From: an uncultured Thermoleophilia bacterium
GTDB lineage: Bacteria > Actinomycetota > Thermoleophilia > UBA2241
Direction of reading: 5' to 3'
NCBI GenBank assembly: GCA_963741075.1
Contig: CAVUGS010000012.1
Coordinates: forward strand, 26,351-90,350
DNA length: 64,000 bases
Shown: positions 12,972 through 26,391 of the stretch, piece after piece
How the letters are laid out: every line of letters begins with the position of its first letter
How positions within the stretch are numbered: position 1 is the stretch's first letter
Program-made: the position numbers and the translations under genes
The notes under the pieces: model-generated
Told to the model about the DNA's origin: nothing
The model's input: the letters and a program-made list of their open reading frames with translations, nothing else
Database searches by the model: none

Positions 12972-13009
12972 GCGCCGGGGTCGTCGCCGGCGCATGCCGG
13001 CGCCGCTCT

Positions 13010-14822
13010 TCAGGCGGAGCCGGTGTGCTCCAGGATGAAGTCGACGGTGCGCCGGTCGTAGTCGACGCGGTGCCGGAGGCCGCTGATCTCGTGCCCCTCG
13101 TCGGGGTAGACGACGTAGTCGCAGACGCGGCCGCGGGCACGCAGGACCTCGGCGACCTCGGCGATCTGGCGCGGCGGGCAGCGGGGGTCGAGGGCGCCGC
13201 CGAGGAGCAGGAGCGGCGCCTCTACATCATCCAGGTGGTTGATCGGCGAGTAGTACTCGAGCCGCGCCCGGTCCTTCTCGATGTCGCCGGCTGTTCTCGC
13301 GGTCCCACCAGCGCAGGTCCTCGCGGATGGTGGGGTCCAGCTGGCTGTCGATGAAGTCGAAGAAGGGCACGCCGGCGACGCCCGCGGCCCAGAGGTCCGG
13401 GAACTGCGTCACGGCAGCCATGGTGTGGAAGCCGCCCCAGCTGCGACCGGTGATCGCGATGCGCGCCGGGTCGCAGCCCAGCTCCACCAGGAACTCGTGC
13501 GCGGCCGCCACGTCGAGCACCTCGCCCTGGCCCATCAGCCAGCGATTGGCGAGCTGCCAGCGGCGGCCGTAGCCGTCGCTGCCGCGGTAGTTGGGGTGCA
13601 GCACGGTGAGGCCGGCGGCCACGAAGGCCTGTCGCAGCGGGTCCCACTCGTTGGAGTGGTGCCAGGTCGGGCCGCCGTGCACGATGACGACGGCGGCCCC
13701 GTTGGGCTCGTCCGGCTGGACGAGGATGCCGGGCACCTCGGCGAGGTGGTCCCAGCTGGTGAACCACACCGGGCTGCCCGAGACGAAGGGAGTCTCCCGC
13801 AGCTCGTCCGGCAGCGAGTCGGTGAGCGCGGTCACGTCGCCGTCGTCCAGCTCGACGCGGTACAGGTCGGGCGGGGCGTCGGGACGGCTGAGGACGCAGA
13901 GGAGGGCGGCGCCGTCCGGGGTGAAGCTCGGCGCGTAGTGGTTTCCGGGGCCGATGCTGTACTCCATCACGGCGCCGTCGCGCAGGTCGACGTGACAGAG
14001 GCCGGTCTCGCCCTCCGCGTCGACGAGGAACGCCAGCGCGGCGCCGTCCGGCGCCCACACCGGGTGGTGCGCGTCGACGTGGTGGTCCTCCCACGCCCAG
14101 GTGATGGACCCGGACGCCAGCTCGTAGACGCCGATCGCCGGGTGTTCGCCGGGGCCGCCGGAGAAGGCCAGGCGGCGGCCGTCCGGCGACCAGGCGAGCT
14201 GCCCGGCGAAGAACTCGTCCGAGCCGCCCAGCCAGCGCGTCTCGCCAGACTCCACGTCGATGACGGCGACGGCCGTGTCCTGGCCGCGCGTGCCGGTCGT
14301 GACCGCCAGGAGCGTCCCGTCGGGCGACCAGCGCGGAGAGCACTCGGTGTACGGGTGCTCGGTGAGGTAGCGGAGCGCGTCGCCGCCCGGGCTCGGCTGC
14401 GCCGGCATGACGGCGACGGCGTAGCCGGCGCCGTGGGAGACCGTCATCGCCAGCCAGGCGCCGTCCGGCGAGAGGTCGGGGTCCGGCAGGGGCGCGAGGT
14501 CCGGCGTGTCCGGGAGCAGGTTGACCACGCGCCCGCCGTCGACGTCGTAGCGGTAGATGTCGTAGCACTCCGAGCCGCGGTCGTCGCAGGTGAAGTACAG
14601 GGACCGGCCGTCGGGTGAGAACTGCGGGCAGCCGCAGCGGTCGGCGAGGTTACCGACCCGGACGGGCTCTCCGTCGGGCAGGCTCTGGATGAAGATCTGC
14701 CAGTCGCCGTCGCGGTACCACTCGAAGGCGACGGCGTCACCGGCGGCCGCGAGCGCGTACGGTCTGTAGTCCTGTCCCACGGCCGGCGCGGCGGCCAGCT
14801 GCTCGATGAGCGGAGTCCCCAC
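13010..14822 (-). CDS. S9 family peptidase with N-terminal beta-propeller (frameshift near the C-terminus)
   Basis: PD40-like repeats (WSPDG), VHGGP, NYRGSDGYG, GRSWGG nucleophile, LDPRC and YPDEGH. Confidence 0.9.
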
Positions 14823-15200
14823 TGGTGACCCTCCAGTCCTGCTGCTCCGGCAGACCTCGGGGCCGTCGCGCCTCGCCGGCGCGCGACCCCGCACGCGGCC
14901 AGTCTAGCGTGAGGAGCGTCACCCCGCACACGCACTCATCTCCACCCTGGGTATGACGACGGCGCCGTCCGCGCCGTCTACGCTGGTCGCGCCACGATCA
15001 CCTGTCCGGCGCGCCCTCGGCGCAGGCGGCGATCAGGGCCGGCCAGTCAAGAGGCGGCCCGGTCGCTCCGGGAGGTGATGGAGAATGCGCTGTGTGGCGT
15101 ACCGTGCGCGCGGGTCAGCCGCGCGTCGCGAGTCTGACGGCGTCCCTCCCATCAGCACCCCCCTGCCCGGGCGCGGGGCTCCCTAGGCCTGTCGGCCGGG

Positions 15201-15935
15201 ATGCCTGCCGAATCCCCCAGCCCCCACCTCCCCAGGGGGGCCGGCGGCCCGCTCCGGCGGGCCGCCGGCCGGGTCTGCCCGCCCGCGCCCGAACCGTCGG
15301 CCGAGCCCGCCGTGCCTGCGGCGCTCGTCCTCGATCCCGATCCGCTGACGCGGCTCCTGGTCGTCTCGGCCGCGTCGGCACTTGGGTTGCGGGTGCCGGC
15401 AGAGCCCGGCCGCGCGGGGCGGGACGGGCGGTCCGCGGCCGCCGTCGTCTTCGTGCCGCTCGCGTCCGCAGCCGACTGCCGCGCGAGCGTGCGCCGCCGC
15501 CCGCGCCTGCGCCGGCCCGGAGGCGCTCGTGGCCGGCTACGCCGCCGCGCCGGCGGCGGTGCTCGCGGCGCACCGCGCCCACCGCTGCGCCGATCTGGTC
15601 CTGCTGCTCACGGCCGGCGCCGGGGGCCGTGCTTCGCCCACCTGCCGGCGCAGGACGAGGTCACCGCCGCCGGCCTCACGGAGCGCGAGGCGGACGTGCT
15701 CGTGCTGTTGCTCGGCGGGCTGACGACTCCGGCCATCGCCCGGCGGCTCTGCGTCTCCCCGAGCACCGCCCGCACGCACTGCCGGGCGGTGCTGCGCAAG
15801 CTGGGGGCCGGCGACCGGCGGGCGCTGCGTGCCCGGCTCCTCGCCGGCCGCCGCCCCGAGGTTTGCCCAGGCGGCCGCGCCAACTTTGCCGAGGAATGGG
15901 CCGTGGCGGCGCCCCGCCACGCGCCCCATACTTGA
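15201..15935 (+). CDS. LuxR-type HTH regulator with receiver-like N-terminus (frameshifted)
   Basis: GLTEREADVLVLLLGGLTTPAIARRLCVSPSTARTHCRAVLRKLG. Confidence 0.7.
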   Translation: MPAESPSPHLPRGAGGPLRRAAGRVCPPAPEPSAEPAVPAALVLDPDPLTRLLVVSAASALGLRVPAEPGRAGRDGRSAAAVVFVPLASAADCRASVRRRPRLRRPGGARGRLRRRAGGGARGAPRPPLRRSGPAAHGRRRGPCFAHLPAQDEVTAAGLTEREADVLVLLLGGLTTPAIARRLCVSPSTARTHCRAVLRKLGAGDRRALRARLLAGRRPEVCPGGRANFAEEWAVAAPRHAPHT

Positions 15936-16008
15936 GTGCAGGTTGCGGAACCGCCGTCTCCGGACGGTCCGCGACCGTTCGCGAGCACCGGCAGCGCGGG
16001 GGGAGCGC

Positions 16009-17507
16009 ATGAGCAACGAAGCGGCCGACGGGCACGCCCGCACGCAGTCTCAAGCGGGCGCAGGTCCGCGTCATCACCGTCTTCTTCATGATCTACATCC
16101 TCGTGTCGGGCGGCTCGTTCGGCATCGAGGACATGGTGTCGTGGTCGGGACCGGGGCTCACGCTCCTGCTCCTGATCCTGCTGCCCGATCTTCTGGAGCC
16201 TGCCCATGGCGCTCATCGCCAGCGAGCTCGGCTCGGCGATCCCGGGCGAGGGCGGCTTCTACGTCTGGGCGCGCCGCGGCCCTGGGCGACTTCTGGGGCT
16301 TCCAGACGGCCTGGTGGTGGTCGCTCTCCATCTTCGTCGACTCGTCCGTGTACATCGTGCTCGCCGTCGGCTACCTGCAGAACTGGCTGCGACTTCAGCC
16401 AGCTGTGGTTCTACGTCATCTGCTGGGCGATCATCGCGGTGTTCGCGCTCATGAACATCATCGGCGTCAAGGTCATCGCGCTCAGCTCCACGCTGTTCTC
16501 GATGCATCATCCTGGCGCCGTTCTTCGTGCTCATCGTCGTCGGGCTGGCCAAGTGGAACTTCGACCCGCTCACGCCGGTCACGCGTGCCCGGCCGAGCCG
16601 TTCTTCGGCACCGGCGGGGTGTTCGCCCTGGGCCTGGCCATCGGCGTCTGGATGTACTCGGGCTACGAGTCGATGTCCACGCTGTCGGGCGAGATCCGCA
16701 ACCCGCAGAGGGTCATCCCCCGGGCGCTGATGCTGGCGGTGCCGTTCATCATCGTCATGTACGTGCTGCCCACGGTGGCGAGCCTCGCGGGCTACGGGCA
16801 CTGGGACACGCTTGGCGCCGTGGACGCCGGCGACGGCTACGTCTCGTTCGTCGAGATCGGCAAGGCGCTGGGCGGCTCGGCGCTCGGCGTGGCGCTGCTC
16901 GGTGTCGGCGCTGCTCGGCAACCTCGCGCTGTACCTGGACTACCTGGCGTCGGGGGCCCGGCCGCTCTTCGCGATCGCGGCGGACGGGCTGTTCCCCAGG
17001 TCCATCGCGCGCGTCAGCGGGCGCTTCGGCACGCCCGATCGCCGCCATCCTGCTGATGGCCGCGCTCAACGCGGTGCTCATCGTCGGGCCGTTCCAGAAC
17101 CTGGTCGTCATCGACGTGATCCTGTTCATCTCGGCCTACGTGCTCATCTTCATCTCGGCCGTGCGCCTGCGCGTCACCGAGCCGGACCTCAAGCGCCCGT
17201 TCCGCGTGCCGCTCGGGACCAAGGGGATGATCGCCATGGTGATCCCGCCCATCCTCATCGTCGTCGTTCACCATCTACGTCAACGCGATCGACCGCAGCA
17301 CCGAGCTCTTCGGCACGACCGGGCTTCAAGCTGCTCGGCCAGGACGTGGGCTGGTACGGCATCGCCGGGTTCGCGGCGCTGCTCTCGGGCCCGGTGCTGT
17401 ACTACCTCTTCCGGGCCATCTATGGTGGGCCGAGCACGCCGTCGCGCGGGGCCGGCGACGCGGCGATCGCCATCGCCGAGGCCGAGGCAGCGGAGGACGC
17501 GGCCTGA
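16009..17507 (+). CDS. APC family amino acid/polyamine permease (many frameshifts)
   Basis: GGSFGIED, ELGSAIPGEGGFYVW, WMYSGYES, GEIRNPQRVIPRA, RPFRVP. Confidence 0.88.
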
Positions 17508-18939
17508 TGCGAGACGCAGCATCCAGGTCCTCTCCGAGGACGAGAAGGCGCAGGTCCACGAGCGCACGCTCAAGGTGCTGAGCACCGTCGGCATGCGCTG
17601 CGACACGGCCGAGGGGCGCCGGATCCTCGCGGATGCCGGCGCCCACGTCGACGAGGCGACGCGCAGGGTCCGCTTTCCCGCCGAGCTGGTCGAGAGCCTG
17701 CTGGCGCAGGCGCGCACCGCTTCACCGTCCACGGCCGCCGGCCGGACTGGAGCTTCCCCGTCGGCGCCGGCGACTTCACGCTGCTGGCCGACGGCGGCGC
17801 CACTCGGTGTTCGACGCGCGGTCCGGCGAGCGCCGCCCCACCACCTTCGACGACTGGCGCGCCGCCACGCGGCTCCTCGACGCCTCGACGACGTCGGCTT
17901 CTACTGGTGTCCCATCGACTACTCCGCCGACTACGAGCGGCCCGGCGGCTTCGTGCGCTACTACACCGACGTCTTCGGCACCTTCGGCAAGCACGTGCAG
18001 GACTCGTTCGGCACGCCGGAGCTGGCGCCGTGGCTCAAGGAGGTGCTCGACATCGTGTTCGGCGGGCCGCAGGCGGTACGCGAGCGGCATGCCCATGTCG
18101 TTCCTCATCACGCCGGCCTCGCCGCTGACCATCGAGCACGACTACACGCAGACGTGGCTGGAACTGCGCGACTACGGTCTGCCGGTGGCGGTCATGCCGA
18201 TGCCGCTGCAGGGCGCGACGGCGCCCGGCAGCCGGCTCGGCACGCTGCTCGCCGCCAACTGCGAGACGATCGGCACGCTGTGCCTGGTCCAGGCGGCGGC
18301 CCGGGCACGCCGGTGTTCTACGCGCCGGTGGTGGCGACCATGGACCCGCGCACGGGGCTGTACGCCGCCGGCGCGATCGAGCACGCGGTGCTCTGCGTCG
18401 CCGGCACCGAGATGGCCCGCTACTACGGCCTGCCGGCCGAGTCCTCGGGCCTCTGCACGCAGACCTACGAGCCGGACCTGCAGACCGCCTGGGAGAAGGC
18501 CGACGGCGGGCTGCTCGTCGCGCTCGCCGGCCCGGACGTCCTCGTCGGTCCGGGCCTGCTCGGGGGCGCCACCATCCTGTGCCTCGAGCAGATCGTCCTC
18601 GACGTCGAGATGATCCGGCGCGCCCGCCGGGCGCGCGCCGGCATCCCGGTGCGCGACGACCTCTGGCTCGACGAGATCCTGGACAAGGTCGGGCCCTGCG
18701 GCTCGTTTCTCGGCGAGCGGTCCACGCGCATTGGCGTCCGCGCCGGCGAGTGGCGCCTCAGCGACTTCGGCGTGCAGGGCAGCTGGGACGCGTGGCGGGC
18801 GGCGGGGTCGCCGGGCACCGTCGCCGCCGCCCGCGAGCGCGTCGAGCAGATCCTCGCCGCGCAGGTCTCGCTGCCGTACAGCGAGGACCAGGCGGCGGCC
18901 CTCGCGGCGCTGCAGCGCCGCGCCGACGCCGCCTCCTGA
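17507..18939 (+). CDS. MttB-superfamily methyltransferase, non-pyrrolysine type (frameshifted)
   Basis: IQVLSEDEKAQVHERTLKVL, SPLTIEHD, MPMPLQGATAPGSRLGTLLAANCE, DLQTAWEK, LEQIVLD. Cys (TGC 18454-56) at the Pyl-equivalent site. TGATG-coupled to the permease. Confidence 0.88.
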
Positions 18940-19057
18940 CCGCGCCGCCGCTCCGCCCGCCGTCTGCCGCGTCGTCAGCGACGCCGGCGCCGGTGGACGC
19001 GCCTCGCTGGCGCTCCGGACGACCATCCGAAAGGGCACGCTGGACGGAGCGCCCGCG

Positions 19058-20365
<1,308 letters not shown>

Positions 20366-20486
20366 CGTTCTCCCGGTGGCGGCGGAGGCGGCGCGCGCCT
20401 CGCGGTCAGTCGTGCGACAAGTATACCGAGCGCCGGAGCGGGTGCTGAGCGACGCGAGGTCAGCGGGGGACGCGGAGGCGCGACCG

Positions 20487-22058
20487 CTACTGGCGGATGA
20501 TGACCGGCATGCCGATCACGACGCGGTCGAAGAGGTCGACGGCGTCCCAGTTGTGCATGCGGATGCAGCCGTGCGAGGCGTAGGTGCCGATGGAGCCGTC
20601 TTCGCTCGGCGGCACGCCGTGGATGCCGACGCCCGGGGCGCTCGTGCCCATCCAGCGGGTGCCCAGCGGGTTCTCGGTGCCCGGCGGGATGGGCTGCGCG
20701 TCCTTGGCCCAGTCCGAGTTGGGCGGGAGCCACGTGGGGTCCTTCTTCATGGTGACGATGGCGTACGTGCCGGTGGGCGTGGGGTAGGCCGGCTGGCCGG
20801 TCGCGACCGGGTAGCTCTTGACGAGCTCGCCGTCGCGGTAGAGGTAGAGGCGCAGGTCGCCGATGTCGACGATGATCTGGCCGCTGAGGGCGTTGAGCAC
20901 GTTGCCGCCGACGATGCCGTCGACCTCGAGGCCGTACTTGGCCTGCAGCTTGCGCACGGCCTTCTCGGTGTCGGCGTCGTAGAACGCCGGTCTTCTTGCC
21001 GGAGTAGACGCCGGCGTTGGCGCAGCTTGGACTGCAGCTCCCTGACGTCCTTGCCGCGGGCGCCCGGCCACAGGGTGGCGCTGCCGAAGTGCTCGGTGCT
21101 GTCGACGGTGAAGATCTGCTTGTTCGTGACGACGTTGCCGCCCTTGTCCGCCGCGGTCACGACCATGACGTGCTTGCCCTGGGCGAGGTCTGGCGCCTTG
21201 AACTTGGCCTTGGAGGCCGGGCCGGTGAGGTCGCGCTCCTCGCCGTCGAGGACGAACTTGACCGTGGGCACGCCGAGCTGGTCGGTGGCCTTGACGCGCA
21301 CGGAGATGCCGGCCTTCTTCATGGTCTTGTCGAGCGTGGTGACCTTGAGCACCGGCGGCTGGGCGTCGACGTACACGTCGAGCTGCTTGGTCGTCGCGTT
21401 GCCGGCGCGGTCGGTGGTGGTGATCGCGACGTCCGACGCGCCGTCCGGCAGCTCGGCGCTCACGGCGTACTTGCCGGAGGCGTCGGCCGTGCCGCTCGCC
21501 TTGATGGCGCCGTCGACGACGGTGACGGTGGCGTAGGGCTCGGTCTTGCCGCTGAACGTGGCCGGGTCGGTGTTGATGCGGCCCTCGTCGGCGGCTCCGT
21601 CGAGCTTGAGCGTCGGGATGCTCGTGTCGACGGTGAAGTGCCAGTCCTTGCGGACCTCGTGGCGGAAGAGGTTGGAGCTCTGCGCGCTGAAGGCGACCGC
21701 GTGCTCGCCGTCGGCGCAGGTCGCTGCGTGCGTGAGCGTGAGCGTGTCGCCGTCCCGCGTGGCGTCGGCCGTCACGTCCTTGCCGTCGAGCGTGACGGCG
21801 ACGTCCTGCAGCTTGGCCAGGCCCCTGACGTCGAGGACGAGCGTGCGTGCGAGGGTCCTTGACGAAGGCGTCGGGCCCCGGCGTCACGGCGGAGACGCGG
21901 GGGACGCCGTAGAGCTGCCAGCCGACCACGGCCGCGAACACGCAAACCGCCGCGATGACGATGTACGGCCAGCGGCGGCGACGGCGTTGTTCTGCTCTAT
22001 AGACGTGGTACGGTGGCGTCCGGCACGGGCCCCTTCTTGGACGATATCTGCTCCGCAT
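20487..22058 (-). CDS. L,D-transpeptidase with TM anchor, Ig-like and peptidoglycan-binding domains (frameshifted)
   Basis: YPVATG, GIHG...SHGCIRM catalytic motif, [20 protein letters not shown]-binding motif. TAG stop. Confidence 0.88.
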   Translation of the reverse strand: MRSRYRPRRGPCRTPPYHVYRAEQRRRRRWPYIVIAAVCVFAAVVGWQLYGVPRVSAVTPGPDAFVKDPRTHARPRRQGPGQAAGRRRHARRQGRDGRRHAGRRHAHAHARSDLRRRRARGRLQRAELQPLPPRGPQGLALHRRHEHPDAQARRSRRRGPHQHRPGHVQRQDRALRHRHRRRRRHQGERHGRRLRQVRRERRAAGRRVGRRDHHHRPRRQRDDQAARRVRRRPAAGAQGHHARQDHEEGRHLRARQGHRPARRAHGQVRPRRRGARPHRPGLQGQVQGARPRPGQARHGRDRGGQGRQRRHEQADLHRRQHRALRQRHPVAGRPRQGRQGAAVQAAPTPASTPARRPAFYDADTEKAVRKLQAKYGLEVDGIVGGNVLNALSGQIIVDIGDLRLYLYRDGELVKSYPVATGQPAYPTPTGTYAIVTMKKDPTWLPPNSDWAKDAQPIPPGTENPLGTRWMGTSAPGVGIHGVPPSEDGSIGTYASHGCIRMHNWDAVDLFDRVVIGMPVIIRQ

Positions 22059-22151
22059 TATACCGCAGGCTATCGGCAGTCTCTGGAACCCGTTCAGTCG
22101 CGCCGCATGGGCCGATGCGTCGCAGCGTGCGCAGGAGACGGCGACCGAGCG

Positions 22152-22157
22152 TATAAT
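22152..22157 (+). promoter_or_regulatory. Consensus -10 TATAAT, probable leaderless promoter of larB
   Basis: TATAAT 8 nt before ATG 22166, no SD. Confidence 0.5.
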
Positions 22158-22165
22158 CTCGCTGC

Positions 22166-22937
22166 ATGGACCACTCTCTCGACGATCTCTTCGCCGACGT
22201 CGCCGCCGGCCGGCTCTCCGCCGCGGACGGCGCCGAGCGGCTGCGCAGCCTCGGCTACGTCTCGGTGGGCGACTTCGCCCTCCTCGACGTCTCGCGGGCG
22301 GCGCGCAAGGGCGTGCCCGAGGTGGTGTACGCCGAGGGCAAGACGGTCGAGCAGGTCGTCGCCATCACCCGCCGCTTCCTCGAGCACAACGCCGTCGTGC
22401 TCTGCAGCCGCGTCGTCGGACGAGCAGGCGGCGGCGCTGGCCGGCGGCGTGGACGGCGCGGTCGAGCACGACCCGCGCAGCCGCGTCGTGGTCGTGCGCC
22501 GCGCGGACGCGCCGCCGCCGCAGGTGCGCGGCGCGGTCGGCGTGCTCGCGGCCGGCACCAGCGACGTGGCCGTCGCCGGCGAGGCGGTCGCGATGATCCG
22601 CGCCATGGGGGTCGACGCCCTGACCGCCTTCGACGTGGGCGTCGCCGGCCTGCACCGGCTCTCGGCGCCGCTCGAGGAGATGCGCGCCGCCGGCGTCGGC
22701 GCGCTCGTCGTCGCCGCCGGCATGGAGGGCGCGCTGCCCTCCGTCGTCGCCGGCCTCGTCGCCGTGCCGGTCATCGGCCTGCCGACGTCGTCCGGCTACG
22801 GCTTCGGCGGCCGCGGCGAGGCGGCGCTCATGGGCATGCTGCAGAGCTGCAGCCCCGGGCTCGCCGTGGTGAACATCGACAACGGCGTCGGCGCCGGCGC
22901 CACCGCCGCGCTCATCGCCCGCGGCGCCGCGGGATGA
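22166..22937 (+). CDS. larB: Nickel-pincer cofactor biosynthesis protein LarB (frameshift near 22430)
   Basis: [65 protein letters not shown]. Confidence 0.88.
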
Positions 22938-23381
22938 GCTCCGTCCCCTTCGTCCTGCGCGACCACCGCGAGCAGCTGTGGCGGCGCTGGGCCGAGTCGC
23001 TCGGCGACGACGTCGCCGCCGACTACCGCGAGCTCATGAGCAGCCCGCTCGGCGAGCGCTTCGTGCGCGCCTTCGTCGACGACCTCATCGCCTGGAGCGA
23101 GGCCGAGGACTACGAGGCGCCGGGGCAGCTGCGGCAGGCGTGCGAGCGCGTCGCCGCCGACGCCGCCCACCGGATGTCCCTCGGGCTTCACCGCGCTCGA
23201 CCTGGCGATGGCCCTGCAGGCCCTGCGCGGAGCGATCGTCGACGTGCTCCTCGACGCCCTGGTGCTCGGCGAGCTGCCCTCGTTCGCGGAGACGCTCGAG
23301 CAGCTCAAGGCCGCGGACGCGTTCATCGACCGGCTGGTCGCGGCGGTGCTCACGGCCGCTCCGCGACCGGCGGCGATGTGA
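22934..23381 (+). CDS. All-helical hypothetical protein, RsbRD-N/non-heme-globin-like (frameshift near 23185)
   Basis: ATGA-coupled to larB. 'HREQLWRRW' start and '[14 protein letters not shown]' resemble RsbR N-terminal domains. Confidence 0.5.
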
Positions 23382-23456
23382 CCGGCCCGCGGCGGCGGCC
23401 CGCCGGCCGCGGCCGCCGGGTTGCGGCCCCTCCGGGGCGCGACTAGGCTCTCGGGC

Positions 23457-24530
23457 ATGCTGAGGCTGGCGCTCATCTTCGGCGGACGCTCCGCCGAGCA
23501 CGAGATCTCCCTCGCTTCGGCCCGCTTCGTCCACTCCATGCTCGACCGGGACAAGTACGACGTCGTCCCGGTCGGCATCACGCCGGCCGGTCGCTGGGTC
23601 GTGCCGGCGGACTTCGACGCCGCCACCACCGAGGGCCTCGACGCGGCCGCCGTCGCAGACCGGCGCACCTCGTCTCGGACCCGACGCGCCCGGGCCTGGA
23701 GCTCGCCGACGGGTCGTTCCACCCGCTCGACTTCGCCTTCCCCATCATGCACGGCACCTTCGCCGAGGACGGCACCATCCAGGGCCTCCTCGAGATGGCC
23801 GGGCTCGCCTACGCCGGGTCCGGCGTGCTGGGCAGCTCCGTCGGCATGGACAAGGAGCTCATGAAGGCCGTGTTCGCCAACGCGGGCCTGCCGCAGATGG
23901 ACTACGTGGTGCTGCGCGACGCCGCGGCCACCGGGCCGGACGCCGTGGCCGCCGTCGAGGCGCGCCTCGACTACCCGGTGTTCGTCAAGCCGGCCAACCT
24001 CGGCTCCAGCGTGGGCATGACCAAGGCCCACGACCGCGCCGAGCTGGGGCCGGCGCTCGAGCTGGCCGCCGTCTACGACCGCAAGACGATCGTCGAGGCG
24101 GCCTGCGACGGCCGCGAGCTCGAGTGCAGCCTGCTCGGCAACGACGACGTCCGCGCGTCGGTCGCCGGCGAGGTCATCCCGGCCAACGAGTTCTACGACT
24201 ACGAGTCGAAGTACACCGAGGGCAAGATGGCCTTCACGATCCCCGCCGACGTCGACGAGCGGCACAGCGAGCGCGTGCGCGAGCTCGCGGTGGCCGCGTT
24301 CAAGGCCATCGACGCGAGCGGCTTCTCCCGCTGCGACTTCTTCCTCGAGGCGGCCACCGACCGGGTGATCCTCAACGAGATCAACACGATCCCGGGCATG
24401 ACCGCCATGAGCGGCTTCCCGCGGCTGTGGGCGGCGTCCGGCGTGGACGGCCGCGGCGCTGGTCGAGGAGATCGTGCGGCTGGGGCTCGAGCGCCACGAG
24501 CGGCTCGCCCGGCTCAAGATGGCGCGCTAG
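23457..24530 (+). CDS. ddl: D-alanine--D-alanine ligase (frameshifts)
   Basis: GGRSAEHEISL, HGTFAEDGTIQG, VKPANLGSSVG, FYDYESKY, NEINTIPGMT. TAGGCT -10 lies 7 nt before ATG. Confidence 0.95.
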
Positions 24531-24567
24531 CGCCGCTCTCCCGCGCGGTCCCCGGCCCTGCTTCCTT

Positions 24568-24982
24568 CTACTCCGCGCTGCCCGTGCGCGTGGGGTGCGT
24601 CGTGCGCTCGCACCCAGTCCTTGAGCGGCGGGATCGTCCCCAGGTACGCTGAACGCGTAGGTGTCGGCGGTCGCTCTTGGCCGTCACCGTGAACTTGACC
24701 GTACCGTTTTCGGTCTGCACGGCCTTGAAGCCGACCATCTTGATGCCCGACTTGGCGAGGTACTGCTCGGCGGCGAGCTTGGCGGCGGGGACGCTGAGCG
24801 TCTGCGCGTACTCGGTGCGCGCCTCGTCGGCGGCGGACGTCGCGTCGTCGGCGGACTGGTAGGCGCTGAAGATCGCCATGCCGTCGAGGATGACCACGGC
24901 GATGACGAGCGAGGATGACGGCGACCCAGATGACCTCACGGATGAAGCCGTCCTGATTGCGCAGGCGAGCGCGCTGCGACAC
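24568..24982 (-). CDS. Small TadE/TadG-like membrane-anchored protein (frameshifted)
   Basis: MSQRARLRNQDGFIREVIW + one TM + helix 'AADEART..AAKLAAEQYL' + beta strands. SD GGAGG. Confidence 0.45.
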
Positions 24983-25040
24983 AGTTCCTCCTTCGTCCGC
25001 CGGCCGATACCCCCCTGTATCGGCGGGAGTGGCGAACAGT

Positions 25041-25855
25041 TTACTCCAGAGGACCGGTGAGGCGGATACAGAGGACGGCGAGGTCGTCGGCCGGCGGGCG
25101 CGCCGAGAACCGCTCGCCCGCCTCCACGAGGCGCGCGACGACGTCCGCGGCGCGCGCGCCGTGCGCTCCCGTCGAGCTCGCCCGTCCATCTTCGCCTCGA
25201 AGAAGCGCCCGTCCGCGTCGCGCAGCTCGGCGATGCCGTCGGTGAAGACGACGATGAGGTCGCCCTCGGCGAGCTGCAGGATCTCCGTCGGGTACGGCTC
25301 GAGGGCGGCGTCGAGCTCGACGCCGATGGCCGGCTCGGTCATCAGCAGCGGGCGTTCGACGCCGCCGGCGCGCACGAGGAACGGCGTCGGGTGTCCCGCG
25401 GTGGCCAGCTGCAGCAGGCCCGTGCGCGGGGTGAGCTGGCCGAACAGCACGGTGACGAAGCGGTCCGTGTCGGGGTCGAAGTCGGGCTGCTCGAGCAGTC
25501 CGTTGCGGAGCTCCTGCAGCGCTTCGCCGGGGCGCGTCGGCCAGGACAGCTGGCCGCCGTGCACGGCGGCGCGCAGCATGAACTTGGTGACGAACGTGGT
25601 GGCCATGGCGTCCACGCCCTTGCCGGCGACGTCGCCGATGGCGAAGGCGAGGCTGCCCGAGGGCGGCCGCGTGTAGTAGTCGACGAAGTCGCCGCCGCTG
25701 AGCACGCCGGCGCTGGCCGAGCGGTAGGTGAAGGCGATGTCGAGGCCGGCCAGCTCCGGCGGCGCGGCCGGCAGCAGGCGCCGCTGCAGGCGCTCGGCGA
25801 CGTCGGCCAGCGTCGCGAGGGCGTCGTGCTCCCGTGGGGCGGGCGGGACCGTCAC
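25041..25855 (-). CDS. Stand-alone PP2C/SpoIIE (RsbU-like) phosphatase (frameshift near 25190)
   Basis: LQRRLLP, SGGDFVD, GDVAGKG, AGHP, FTDGIAE, DDLAVL. GTGA-coupled to the upstream gene. Confidence 0.88.
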
Positions 25856-26391
25856 CGTCGCCGGGCCGTGGACCAGAGCAGGACCGCCTGCACGGCGAGC
25901 GCGCCGAGGGCGATGGCGAGGACGACGTCCGGGCGCAGGCCGAGCACGCCGACGAGGACGGCGAACACGACCGCCCACAGCAGCGCCCCGGGCAGCACCC
26001 GCACGAGGAACCGCCGCCGGAAGCTGAGGACCAGCAGCCGGCGGCGCATGCCGCTGCCGCGCTCGTTGTCGTCCAGGTAGCTGGAGCCGCGCGAGTGCAG
26101 CGTGCCGGTGAGGTCGCGGCCGTCGGCGGTGTACACCCGGCACTGCAGCGGCAGGCCGGCGCGCTGGCGCAGCACGGCGTCCTGTGCGCGCGTGAAGTAC
26201 TCGACGAGGGAGAAGAACCGGTCGTCGGCCGAGAGCTTGGGGTTCGCGAGGCGCACGTCGAGGTACAGGCGATCCTCGGCCGGGTCGTACTTGATCTCGC
26301 TGCGCCAGCCGCGGCGGTTGAAGAAGTTGCCCAGGAACCGGTCGAGGTCGCCCGGGATGTTCTCCACGTCTGGTCGCTCCGTCACGCCCAT
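25852..26391 (-). CDS. Hypothetical membrane protein (2 C-terminal TM)
   Basis: 179-aa ORF. TAGAAT -10 sits 6 nt upstream of ATG (leaderless). Confidence 0.7.
   Translation of the reverse strand: MGVTERPDVENIPGDLDRFLGNFFNRRGWRSEIKYDPAEDRLYLDVRLANPKLSADDRFFSLVEYFTRAQDAVLRQRAGLPLQCRVYTADGRDLTGTLHSRGSSYLDDNERGSGMRRRLLVLSFRRRFLVRVLPGALLWAVVFAVLVGVLGLRPDVVLAIALGALAVQAVLLWSTARRR

Noticed and set aside
15829-18939. 1036-aa ORF suggesting a permease-methyltransferase fusion
   Set aside because: Chimera of shifted frames. The permease ends at TGA 17507, overlapping the MttB start.
24527-26143. 538-aa ORF joining membrane, PP2C and TadE-like segments; likewise 58247..59983 (578 aa) and 22166..23446
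   Set aside because: Chance open frames in high-GC DNA spanning separate genes, each with its own start and stop signals.
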